DNA of 63,560 nt, filler included, from Globobulimina sp. (lineage: Eukaryota): the NCBI GenBank assembly GCA_003354225.1. It is 34 parts of 34 records of this genome, joined end to end, with 100 filler letters (N's around TTAATTAATTAA, not from the genome) between each part and the next. Parts side by side here need not be neighbours in the genome. Positions count along the whole stretch, not along the records: positions 33,715 to 35,486 come from PIVH01012119.1; positions 35,587 to 37,358 come from PIVH01012120.1; positions 37,459 to 39,230 come from PIVH01012121.1; positions 39,331 to 41,102 come from PIVH01012122.1; positions 41,203 to 42,974 come from PIVH01012123.1; positions 43,075 to 44,846 come from PIVH01012124.1; positions 44,947 to 46,718 come from PIVH01012125.1; 27 more parts are not named here. One strand, given 5' to 3'. Positions within the stretch are counted from its first letter, which is position 1. Every line of letters begins with the position of its first letter. Under the pieces are notes generated by a model. The model did no database searches and was not told the DNA's origin. It saw only the letters and a program-made list of their open reading frames with translations. Shown one piece after another: positions 33,715-45,207 of this stretch. The position numbers and the translations under genes are program-made.

Positions 33715-35486
33715 TATATTCACTAAAAATTTCAAGTTGACAGTGACTGATTTCGATAAAATTAATCGCATTGAACAGCATCCGCTGGATCATCGGGTAG
33801 AGTTTATCAAAGAGCTAAATCGTGACGTGTTGAATGAGAAAGATACGCCGTCAAACACTGATCGCGGACATATTCGCAATCGCAATGCCACCAAAACTAG
33901 CAATATGCGCATGAGTATGGATACGAATATGACTGTTTTGCAGCAGCAACAGTCGCAGCAACAGTTCCATCGATCGAGCGTGAATAGCATCAAACAGCAC
34001 CATCGACGACAGACCAGCATCTTATATGACATTAATAACATTGACATTCAGTATGATGAGGATGAGCAGGAAATGGGTGTCTTTCATATCAGATTTAACG
34101 GAGTGTGTACGTTTACGCCGTATGATAATAAGTTGCATCGGCTACCGGTTGAAAAGCAAAAGTTAAAAATGGAGATTCAAAACAATCAAATTAAAGGTAC
34201 AGTATTTTATATTTTGTAACTTACTGCTAATTATATACTTAAATGCTATTCAATGCAAAGGGAAACGGATCACAATATCTCGTTATGTGGACCGAATGGC
34301 ACATAACGAGAAAGTTACGTGTTGGATAAAACTGGATGAATATTTACAGGAATGTTTGGTGAATGTGCACAGTATGCGAGCTATTAATATTTATGAAAAT
34401 GAGGAGGACGGCGAAGATGAAGCCGTAGAAAATGAAACTGAACAGAAACAGAAAACCATTTATAACACATACCATGCAATATTTATGTCGAAACGCATTG
34501 CTTTGCGACGACCTCAATGTGATCGCATTGTGGTGCTCTGTCCGCAGCATAAACACCATATTCGCCACGGATTATGGAGTCGCAGTGCGAGCTTATGCGG
34601 CAATTTGGCATTTGGCACAATGTTAAATTACATTTATACCGGCACGACGTTGAACATCCAATCCAAGAATTCCTTGTGGAGCGCCAAACACTTTGATTAC
34701 GTCATCGCAGAGCCAAACTGTTTTGTGTTGACATCCGCGGTGGACTCAGCCTGTCCGGGTGGCACTTTCCCGGTCATTCCCAGCCATAATAATAACAGCA
34801 AAGCGCACTTCGAATGGCTATGGGACAAATACTTAGTGCACAAACCCCGAGCGAAGATCTTTTGGATTGGACACTGCGAAGGCTGTGATGATATAAAATA
34901 TTTATTATCTGTTCGACCATCGGCCGCAGCCCGTACTGCCGGCATTGTATTGATGGATTACTGCATAAACTCAGCCAACACAGAACTATCTATGTCGAGT
35001 GCGGCTGCGGCAGCGCGGCCCGCTCCGTCTGTGCCCAATCCAGCATTCGGGCGCTTTTTCAACGGCAAAACAGATAATTGGTTCATTAAACCGATAGTAA
35101 TATCGACGCGTAAATACCCAGCCACCAACTCGACAAACTATGGATGGGAAAAAGAAGGAAGAGGCGACTTTGGAAACACCAACAGTTTGTCCAATGCGCC
35201 CGTTTTGTTGTTGTATTCGGTGAATACAAATTGGAGGTTCACGCCGTGTCTCTCCATGTATATCATCAATAAGTATTTGTTATCGCGCGGCATCATCGAT
35301 GACGAATATCTATGGAAGTCTAACCATGAACGATTTGAATATTTGAAAAATATCAGGAACCAGCCGTCCAAACAAGACATACAGGACAACTTTTATAACG
35401 GCTTAGCAATGCAACAGGAAAAGCAGCAGATTTTGCTGAGCAATGAGTCGCATCGCAATATATTTAATACGAGCTATCGGGACCAT
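33715..35486 (+). CDS. Protein containing a divergent Arb2/FAM172-like alpha/beta domain; intron 34197-34260; partial at both ends
   Basis: IFMS...RIVVL...RHGLWSR...LAFGTMLNYI...VIAEPN...HFEWLWDKYL....KIFWIGHCEG...RTAGIVLMD parallels the FAM172 motif order. The 64-nt intron joins the two ORFs in frame. Confidence 0.65.
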
Positions 35487-35586
35487 NNNNNNNNNNNNNN
35501 NNNNNNNNNNNNNNNNNNNNNNNNNNNNNNTTAATTAATTAANNNNNNNNNNNNNNNNNNNNNNNNNNNNNNNNNNNNNNNNNNNN

Positions 35587-37034
35587 AACATTTGTATGTA
35601 TCTAATAATTCCATTCAGAAATTTTTCACTGCACCAACATTTGATAAATATTACAAAATATTTGCACAACTGCAAGGATGGAATCGCAAGTTGCAATGCT
35701 TAGGTTGTTTCGAACAAGGAACACTTCCCGACGAGCTAGCTTTTGATGGAACCGGTCAATTTATAAAGGAATGCCATATCAAAAATACAATTTCTCCTAA
35801 ACAAACTACATTATTAAACAACACACAAGTAAAAATGAAAAACAAAATAAAAAACCTCCGGAAAACTTACTTTTTTCAAAATGAGGCACTAAGAGTCAGA
35901 GTGGAGGACTATATTATTTCGAGAAATATTAGAGTGTATATATGGGATAAGGATAAAAATCGTAGGAACCGTTCTTTGCCAAGACTAGTATCAGATTTAA
36001 AAAAAGCAAATTTTTTGGTTTTGGCAAAGTTTTTGACATATTTTGACACAAACATTGGAAAATTTGATACTAAACTTACTCGAAAAGTCGGTGTTATTAT
36101 TAGAACTTTGTCGAGAAGCACTTTGTTGAGTGCAATAGTACCATACCAATTAATTAATGTCTTACGTGATTATTCTGTTGAGACATGGAGTGGTATTAAA
36201 AGTAAAGTGCAGGATTTTTCTCCGCATTTACATGATATTCATCAAGGTTTTATCAGAAACGATATAAATATACCGTCAGAATGGATAGATTTGGTTCAAG
36301 AAGTTTGCGTGTTGTCTGAGAAAATGATTAGTTTTATGGAAAAAGCAAGAGAAAAATCACCACCAGCAGCGGCAGCAAAATCAATTGATCAATCTATATT
36401 TGATAACACTTCAATCTCAGGCACACATTATGGTTATAAAGTGAGTCAAACCCGACCAACATACGATTTTAATTCGGAGAAACTCAAAAAACGATCAAAA
36501 CAAGAGAGAGATGAAACAGATATACCAAACGCTGATTGCAACAAATATTACAATGAATATAAAAAAATGTCCAATGGAGTTATTGTAGTTCAGTGTTTGA
36601 GGCATGAAGAGATAATTGGTTGGCACGTATTGAAATCTCCAGAAAGTGTAAATGACTGCTTTAGTTTGGTTATGATGATGTATCCAGGTATTAAAGCTCC
36701 AGCTATTATATTATGCGACAACGCATGTCAACTACATCGATATTGTATGTACAGAGAGCCAGAGAAATTTAAAAGGACTCTATTCCTCAATGATGAATTC
36801 CATGGAAAAGGCCATAAATGTGGTGAATTATATAATATTAAATATTTTAAAGACAGTCTGTCCAGCTTTGCACATCTAAACTGTTCTTTGATTGAACAGA
36901 CCAATTCCAAACTGAAATTGATACGGTTATCTTGTTCGTATATGAATATGAAATCATTTTCGCATTTTATGACACAAGCATTGGAATTAGTGTCAAGAAA
37001 AGCGATACGAAAAAGAGATCCAACAATAATGTAA
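35587..37034 (+). mobile_element. KDZ (Kyakuja-Dileera-Zisupton)-superfamily transposase, 5'-partial
   Basis: CNKYY...GVIVVQCLRH..IIGWH....ESVND...AP.IILCDNACQLHRYCMYREP..F....F.NDEFHGKGHKC...NCSLIEQTNS.L. Confidence 0.8.
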
Positions 37035-37805
37035 CCGATGCATATGTTTTGTTATTGTGTATACCAATGTTTTTATTTAATTGTTACGATAATTCGTGTT
37101 TGATAATTGTTTGATTCGTGTTTTATAATTGATTCATTGCTTGATTATTGTTTCATTGTTTGATTTTAAACTCGCAAAATAATTAATAACTGATTTGCTT
37201 GAATGTACGTGAATTAACAAAATGAATATAATTAAATATTAATGATACAATGTATTTACAAAATGAATTTATTTTATCTTACAATACAAGTGATAAATAA
37301 CCATTGATTAAACGCAGGACCCGTAAATCCATGCATTCATTGTTTGGATTCGTACCTANNNNNNNNNNNNNNNNNNNNNNNNNNNNNNNNNNNNNNNNNN
37401 NNTTAATTAATTAANNNNNNNNNNNNNNNNNNNNNNNNNNNNNNNNNNNNNNNNNNNNATAAACAAAAACTGCCTCATGATATCGAACGAAGATATCTTA
37501 TTCCAAACCACAGAATATCAAATTAATGAAATATTATATGTACATATCAAAACTATAATAGTGCATACCCTTACAAAATTGACACTAATTACAAAATGCA
37601 GATAACATTTCTGACGATTCATTTAATCATTTTCGTGCAATTGTGCTTTATAGATGATGTGATAAAGGAAAGTAACATCACACAATATAAACATCAAGTT
37701 TTTCGCTGCCTCAGATCAAACATGGCTCCCTTATAGTTCTCTACTCAGCGAACATACAAAAAACAATCTACTTTTCAGATAATCACAACAATTTACAAAA
37801 CTAAA

Positions 37806-39026
37806 ATGGGTCAGTTCGTCACAAATTGGTACTGGCTCACTGCTGCTATGTCATTTATGTTTTTAATCTGCATTGGATTAATTGTAATGCAGCATAGTGC
37901 ATTTAAATGGTACTCAAAACTTCAAAACAATAACAGCATATTCAAAAAAAAGAGAGAACATCTCTGCTTATATGGTGCCTATATCGCAGGCTCGCTATGT
38001 TCTGCCTCATGTCTTTTAAATCATATTTCAAATTATTTCCCTGAATGGTATTGTTTCTATGGAATGAGTGTTTGTGTCATATTCCACGAACTAGCAAAAA
38101 CATTTGGTTATGGATTTTTTTTAGAACGTGCAAAAGCAACCATATTATCCACAAAATCCAAGATTTTACCAGCTGTGATGACTAAATATATTTTACCGCT
38201 TTACATCAGCTCTTATTTTGTGCTTTATTGTGTTTTATGTCCGTTAACGTTTCGTGGCTTATCAGTGGACCCAAACCGTTTAACTTCCATTCCAACCGCT
38301 TGTTTATTTGACCAATATCAATCATGGATATTTTATTTAAGTGTAGGTGTCGAAGTATTCAATTCCATATTTTTTGTTTTCATATTTGTTCATCCATTGC
38401 ATAAAATACTTAATTCTAAACAATATGAAGTGATTAAAATTATTAAATATAATATTATTTTCAGCTCTATTTGCTGCATATCATCCGTCACGTTTTTATT
38501 TTACAGAGCTTTTGCCGGAAATAGCAAATTATCGCATTATTTATGGTTAGCGGGGAATGTGGATTTGGTGATTAACTCGCTATGTATCTTTATAATGGTG
38601 ACTGTAAACAGAAAATATGTATATCGGAAACTATGTATATGTTTGGATGTGAATGCGAATGAATCGTCAGAGGGAAACGATGTGAGTGTGGAGGTAAGCA
38701 CGAAAGAGGAGAGGATTGAGGATAAGCGTGGAAAGTCGAGACATTTTTCAATCGAACAAGCGTCATTGATTGAGATGGATTCGATGCGGCAACATTCACA
38801 GAAACCATCTGTACGTCTGGCTACATCTGAACCGGTCAACAACCAAACAATGACTTTTAGTCTAAATAGATTGAATGGTGATGGCGTGGATGAATTATTA
38901 AATGATATCGATAGAAATGACAGTTCAACTGGAATGCCAATGTATCGCCCGACATTGTCGGATCTACGGAGTGCAACAACGTATGATATGTCCAACACTT
39001 TTCCAAATTTATCATCAAGGTTTTAA
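37806..39026 (+). CDS. Seven-transmembrane GPCR-like protein
   Basis: Seven hydrophobic helices, FFLERA at the end of TM3, Cys before TM3 and in ECL2, D..INS.C in TM7, Ser/Thr-rich tail. Confidence 0.8.
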   Translation: MGQFVTNWYWLTAAMSFMFLICIGLIVMQHSAFKWYSKLQNNNSIFKKKREHLCLYGAYIAGSLCSASCLLNHISNYFPEWYCFYGMSVCVIFHELAKTFGYGFFLERAKATILSTKSKILPAVMTKYILPLYISSYFVLYCVLCPLTFRGLSVDPNRLTSIPTACLFDQYQSWIFYLSVGVEVFNSIFFVFIFVHPLHKILNSKQYEVIKIIKYNIIFSSICCISSVTFLFYRAFAGNSKLSHYLWLAGNVDLVINSLCIFIMVTVNRKYVYRKLCICLDVNANESSEGNDVSVEVSTKEERIEDKRGKSRHFSIEQASLIEMDSMRQHSQKPSVRLATSEPVNNQTMTFSLNRLNGDGVDELLNDIDRNDSSTGMPMYRPTLSDLRSATTYDMSNTFPNLSSRF

Positions 39027-39330
39027 TTAATTGTGTTTATCTTTCATTGCTTTTTTTATTCATTGTGATTGTGTGTATAGAGTTTTAAGATTAAACTTGT
39101 TTTTATGTTTGGATCTTGTTTTTAGCTTTTAGATGTTTGACTATTTTTTTGTGTTTTTAAACTGGTCAATACTACGAGCTTCTTTTTTCTATATTCTATT
39201 ATTTGTTACATTAATAGACGTCCCATAATTNNNNNNNNNNNNNNNNNNNNNNNNNNNNNNNNNNNNNNNNNNNNTTAATTAATTAANNNNNNNNNNNNNN
39301 NNNNNNNNNNNNNNNNNNNNNNNNNNNNNN

Positions 39331-39593
39331 TCATCACCGCCAGTAACAATATTTTTTATTTCTTTTTTAAATGTTTTTATTTTTGTTATTTTTTTACTAT
39401 CTCGACTTCCTCCATCCCCCTGTTGTCCCTTTCCATTGGCACCAATAGAATATAATTCCAATATTTTATATATTATAGAATGGAATGCATGAATGACACT
39501 AATAATATCTGTATGGATGTACTGAGTCCTACATTTTCTAACGTAACCACTTACCAATAATTGGGATCGTCTTTTCCTGGCAGCATTCTTCAT
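39331..39593 (-). CDS. RCC1-like repeat protein, N-terminal fragment
   Basis: LYSIGANGKGQQGDG....KIK....IKNIVTGG, preceded by LLVSGYVR....IHTDIISVI. Confidence 0.7.
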
Positions 39594-39848
39594 TTTTCAG
39601 TAACTTCAAGAATACTAAAATAGAAGAATATGTAACCAAGCTGAAAACCTGGTTCGCTTTGAGTATGGTATGAGTACAGCACCTACCGAGCTCAGGTATT
39701 GTTGCTTATGCATATCTATGCATATTAGAAGAATTTAAAAAATTCGACGGTGCTGAAGCATCTATTTTGTCAGAAATTTCTGGTATAAAGAAACTGCCTG
39801 GACAACAAAGCTGAGACAAAAGGTATCAACAAATATGGTTTCAATGTC

Positions 39849-39915
39849 GTCGCCTAGCTCAAGCAGAGCACTGGATGCGTCCAGAGATTCAGGTTCAAAT
39901 CCTGAGGCAACTCCA
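39849..39915 (+). ncRNA. tRNA-like element (pseudo-tRNA or tRNA-derived SINE head)
   Basis: GTCGCC-TA-GCTC(AAGCA)GAGC-A-CTGGA(TGCG)TCCAG-AGAT-TCAGG(TTCAAAT)CCTGA-GGCAAC-T-CCA folds as a cloverleaf, with A-box- and B-box-like sequences. Confidence 0.7.
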
Positions 39916-40117
39916 ACCAAATACAAGCAATCCGCAAATTGCAAATGATTGGAAATATAAATAAATTGCATGAATTGGAAATTGAGGGATGAATTAAATG
40001 AATTTGGGATTAAGAAAATGATGGCCTTCTGTATGCGTGGCCTACAACAAAAAAGAAAACTAAATAGAAAGCAGGTGCACCAAACTAAGAAATTGAATAT
40101 AGTTTGTATGCATATAT

Positions 40118-40384
40118 ATGGTGGAATGGTCGGCCGTGGTGCTTGTTTTAAAACTTGTTTGCGTTTGATAAAATATTTCAAAAATGTTGTTTCTGCACAT
40201 AAATGCTGCATTTTTTTAATATCAACCTTTTTAAGCTTGTGAGTAATGAAACTCTCGTTGCACTTTTCATGCACATATTTTTTAAAAAAATACAGCATTT
40301 ATGTGCAGCATATTTTTGTAATATTTTATCAAAGTCCTTGCAAACAAGTTTTAAAACAAGCACCACGGCCGACCATTCCACCAT
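40118..40384. mobile_element. Foldback/MITE-like element with long inverted repeats
   Basis: Perfect 45-bp arms at 40118-40162 and 40340-40384, extending imperfectly inward to about 100 bp. No clear target-site duplication. Confidence 0.75.
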
Positions 40385-41202
40385 TGAAATACGGCTCATG
40401 TCTGTGAAAACCTTGCAAGTGAAATATAATTCTTCAAAAACAATACGTCCGTCGTTCGACAGTCTTGAAAGGAAAAAGCTTTAGAAAGCACCCGCTGTAT
40501 TTGGTGACACTCAATAAGAATTTTGAGAGTTACAACCCCCAATCAACACCAGCAAATAACCAATATAACCAACAACCGAAATAGACACAATCACTCAAAA
40601 ACACTATCATACAGCAAAATTACAATAAGAAACAAACACAAAAAAGGAAAAAATAACAAAATGAACGACAACAACAAAAATAAAAAAACCCAACAAAAGA
40701 AACCAATCACGGATTTTATTATAGCAACGGCGCAGGCAAAACTATCGAAACTATCCATTGAAATCAAAAATAACAACAATAGAATAAAAAATTGGGGCAC
40801 AGACCAAGAAAGCCTCGTTGAAAGAAGGAAATTAGCCACCATTACCCGCATATTGATGGAATCAAAAAAGAAAATAGAAAAACGCCTAAAACAACACCAA
40901 ATAGCAAACAAAAACAAGAAAAGAAAAAACAAAGGCAGAGAACCATTACCCCTCGTCCCAATACATAATACCAACAACAAAAACAACCAATTTTTATCAT
41001 AAAACAACAACAAAATTCATCATTAAATAATTTATGTGCAAGTGTTTATGGGCAAATAAATAGAATTATCATTCAAAATTATGTTTATACCTAAAATATC
41101 AANNNNNNNNNNNNNNNNNNNNNNNNNNNNNNNNNNNNNNNNNNNNTTAATTAATTAANNNNNNNNNNNNNNNNNNNNNNNNNNNNNNNNNNNNNNNNNN
41201 NN

Positions 41203-42248
41203 TCATCACCTTTAGTTGTATTTCCATTCTTTGTTATTTCATCATCATTTGTTGCATTATATAATGACTCAGAATCCAGAGATAACATTCCTTTAAATTT
41301 TGGCGTATAAAAGTTAGCATCACCTTCTATATATTCATGAATTAACGTTTTGCTGCTTACCAAACTGACAGATGGTTCTCCTGCCAATAAACCCATTTGT
41401 AAGTCCTCATTCATTTCATTTACATTATATTGAGCTTTTATTATATGCTTTGGCTGTTTTCGTTTCTTATAATAAATAATCCAACATACAATAAAACATA
41501 TCGGTGCCACGGCTATGAGAAACAACATATAACGAATATCTGTTGAAAGATTGCCGTCCATGCCTTCATTATTACCACTTTGTTCATGGTTATCACCGGT
41601 ATCTGTTACCCAATTTGTCGCAATTATGGTTGGTGATGGAGTAGAAACCTGTTTTTCCGCATTATTGATTCTATTCACTTTAACCTGTATGCTAGTACTA
41701 TTTATCTGCAGTTGTAATCCTGTATCTTCTGCAATTTTTGTCAACAATATATCGTGCAAATTATATATGTCTGTATAAAAATGCTCTAATGTTCTTGACA
41801 TCTCCTCACCACAAAGCATTATCACATTGTTTATGGTTATTTCTGTTCTTGTTACACTGCTAATATTCTGCGTAAAATCGACAATGCAATCGGATACATT
41901 TAGACTCAAATTTGAAATCAAAACATTGCTGGTAATATTTGCTAATAATTTAACAAACGTTACATTGTTCAAATTGTATATAACTTTTACGGTAACAAAA
42001 TAAGCAGTATTTGTAGGGCTTGCGGTAGGATGGATAGTTGGTTCAGAATTTGGGTTTGTAGTTGGCTCAAATGTTGGTTCAAATGTTGGAAAGTTGGTTG
42101 TGTCTGCATATAAAATATATTGATGCACAGATTGAGTTAATTTTTGGTGAATGAGGTATAAAATATGTTTATAATCATCACCTGTCAATGAATCAGCAGA
42201 CTTTATCAAATTAGTAACAATTAAACATTTCATCAGGAAATGCGCCAT
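41203..42248 (-). CDS. Type I membrane surface protein with PT repeats, 3'-partial
   Basis: Signal-like MAHFLMKCLIVTNLIKSADS, FPTFEPTFEPTTNPNSEPTIHPTASPT, TM helix YMLFLIAVAPICFIVCWIIYY followed by KKRK. Confidence 0.8.
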
Positions 42249-42429
42249 GCTTACACTGAAGTTACAAAAATCAAGGCGGCTCTGGTTAGATCTAAGTTTC
42301 AACAAGTTTATCAAAAGTTTGTACTGTGTTAAAGTCAATATATGTTCAGAATATATGAAATTAAACATACAGTGAGTTTTACCTTCTTCATTAATGTATA
42401 ATGCATGAAAAAATATAAAAATGTTAAAA

Positions 42430-42974
42430 TCATTTAGAAGCAGAATATCTATAAACTTTGCCAGCAAAATAAGCCCGAATAAATGCATACATTATTGTTG
42501 TAATACTTAATAAACCATTCAATACTTGTTCTGGAGTCCAACCATCTTGCAATTGTTCATCATAATCATATCCGGGGTGATATCCCCGATACGGCGCTGC
42601 TCGGACTGCTCCATAACGCGACACTGTTTGATATTTATATGGTATTTTTGTATCCATGTAAGGAAACACTTTGTGTGCTTCAAATACGTGAAACGAGATG
42701 GTATAATTAAACCATTCCACAGTACCAATAAAATAAAAAATAAAAAACAACATTGCAATGGTTTTATGTCCATTAAACATGTTGGATACAGCTAATAATC
42801 CAAACACAAACGATACAAATATCACAGCAAAACACCAATAACATGCTTTGGAGAACAGTACTGTTTTGTACGTATTCTCATCATTCGTTTTTATAAACGC
42901 AGCAACAGTTAAAATAACAAAAGAAAGCAACAATTCGCATAAAATGATGGATGTAATCATTTCTTCCTTATTAC
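42430..42974 (-). CDS. Four-TM membrane protein, 5'-partial
   Basis: Three close hydrophobic helices, a polar loop, and a final helix ending YFAGKVYRY. Confidence 0.6.
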
Positions 42975-43674
42975 NNNNNNNNNNNNNNNNNNNNNNNNNN
43001 NNNNNNNNNNNNNNNNNNTTAATTAATTAANNNNNNNNNNNNNNNNNNNNNNNNNNNNNNNNNNNNNNNNNNNNTAATTGTCAGTTTTTTAAGATATTTG
43101 GCAATTTATATGTACATATTATTACTATTATGTTAATATTGTTTTTCGATTATAAATATAATTAAATAAATTTAATGTGGAACTCTATGACATTTGTTCG
43201 TGTTTATGGCATATTGGCATTAATCAGATTTGTTATTTGAGTTAATTCTGTAATATGTTTGTTTGTTTTTTGATTTTCTGTGTGTTTCCGAAATTATGTC
43301 GATCGTTGTTATGTGGTGAAAATGGATTAAGTTCTTTTCCCATATAATATCATCAAAATGTTATAGGTTTGTCTTCCATTGCAATTGTGTTTGTTGCTCT
43401 GTCCGTTTTCACCGAGTGTTTACAATTTATAAATTATTTAAAATTAATTTAATTTTTTTGTAGATGCAACAACGCACAATGATGGTTATTTTTGTTTTGT
43501 TGGTATGTGTGGGTCGTTTTAAATTAATTCTCGAACAGTGATAAGTATAGAAAACAAGGAACCAGTACTTTTGATCTGTGATATCACTCAACGAGCTTAT
43601 TTTGTTGGTGGGTGATGTGTGTTTACTATCAACTCGTTCACTCAGTTTTTGTTCTTGTATCTTTGCTTGGTGTA

Positions 43675-44846
43675 ATGACTGAAACGACTGAAATGTCATC
43701 AAACGTATTATTCGATTCAAGAAGATCTACGATAGAATCAGAGACCATTGGTTCATGTGCCAATAATAGATTTTTTTCAATCAAATCTGGATATTCCTCG
43801 GAATCATTAGATGCTGATACACCAACCTCTCAAATATCACCTTTATCAAATCAAGATATTATATTTCATCATAATGGATATAAAAAAATCAATGTAATTT
43901 GCAATACGTTGCAAGGTAAATTATACAAAGCCGAAAAAATCAATTTATTTGACTGTCCTTCTAAGCATATACATCCTAAACAAAATTTCGTTGCCATTAA
44001 AAAAACATCAAAATATTTATTTAATCAACAAATTGCGATTGAAGATGATATAAATTTTTGTATCTCCGAAAATATCGTTAATGAGGCATTAATATTAAGA
44101 TATTTAACTGTTGATCATCAACCCATTGGTGATTATATTGTAAAATATATTGATTTCTTTGAATCAGATACCGATTATTTTTTGGTTATGGAATATATTG
44201 AATCGGAGACGAATTTAAAGCAATTTGTACATACCGCACGTATACATCTTAAAAACGGCAAATTAGCAACAAACGAGTACCACAAAATGATGAAATATGT
44301 ATTATGGCAGTTATTCGTAACAGTTGAATGGTTGCATGTTATGCGATGTTGAGTTACTATATTTATCTTTGTGTCTTTTTTTATATATTAAATTGTATCA
44401 ATCCACAGGTACGCATTTAGATCTTTGTATGGAAAATATTATGTTAACAAATGCAACTTTTATTCACACAAAAGATGGTAAAATGAGAATTAATCCAAAA
44501 ATGTGCATTAAATTATGTGATTTCGGTGTTTCTGAAATATATCATCCAAATAAAACGTTTTTGTGTGAAAAGCAAGGTTTATCCATAATAAATGAAGGAT
44601 ATTTTGCACCAAAAGTATTTGCTGGAGAGATTTATGATGGCAGAGGGGCTGATCATTGGTGTCTGGGTATGATACTTTATCAATGTATCACAATCGGCCA
44701 ACGATTATATTCTCCACAAAATATGTACAATGCAAACAGTGGATATTGGTCTTTGTTTCATAATAAACTTCACCAATATTTACTACGTAATGGTTTGTTA
44801 AAATATTTCAATGATAATTCCTTTTCTTTATTAAAGAATTTATTAA
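43675..44846 (+). CDS. Ser/Thr protein kinase (CAMK-like, divergent); intron 44348-44408; 3'-partial
   Basis: TLQGKLYKA, VAIKK, NEALIL, LVMEY, C-THLDLCMENIML (restored by the 61-nt intron), IKLCDFG, YFAPK, ADHWCLGMILY. Confidence 0.92.
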
Positions 44847-45207
44847 NNNNNNNNNNNNNNNNNNNNNNNNNNNNNNNNNNNNNNNNNNNNTTAATTAATT
44901 AANNNNNNNNNNNNNNNNNNNNNNNNNNNNNNNNNNNNNNNNNNNNACAGAGTCGATATATTATTGTAGCGTTTGTTAAAATTAGCAACAAAATCACAGA
45001 GTAGCTGCATTTTGGGCTCTGCTGCGATGAAGCTACGGACATGAAACTGGACTAGCTAACTTTAAGAAAAGTGACTTCAGGCTTTTACGCTATTCACACG
45101 AAAGTAATTAAGAAGCATTGCACAGACTTTGTTATCCTATTAAATTTCTATTAACATTCGAATTCAACAAAAAACAACTATTCTACAAAACACACATTGT
45201 CCAAAAT

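Noticed and set aside
39762-40484. Overlapping ORFs with mirrored peptides (AHKCCIFL)
   Set aside because: By-products of the inverted repeat at 40118-40384.
40523-41013. K/N-rich ORF and its hydrophobic antisense ORF
   Set aside because: A-rich low-complexity sequence with no recognisable domain; could be coding but is unsupported.
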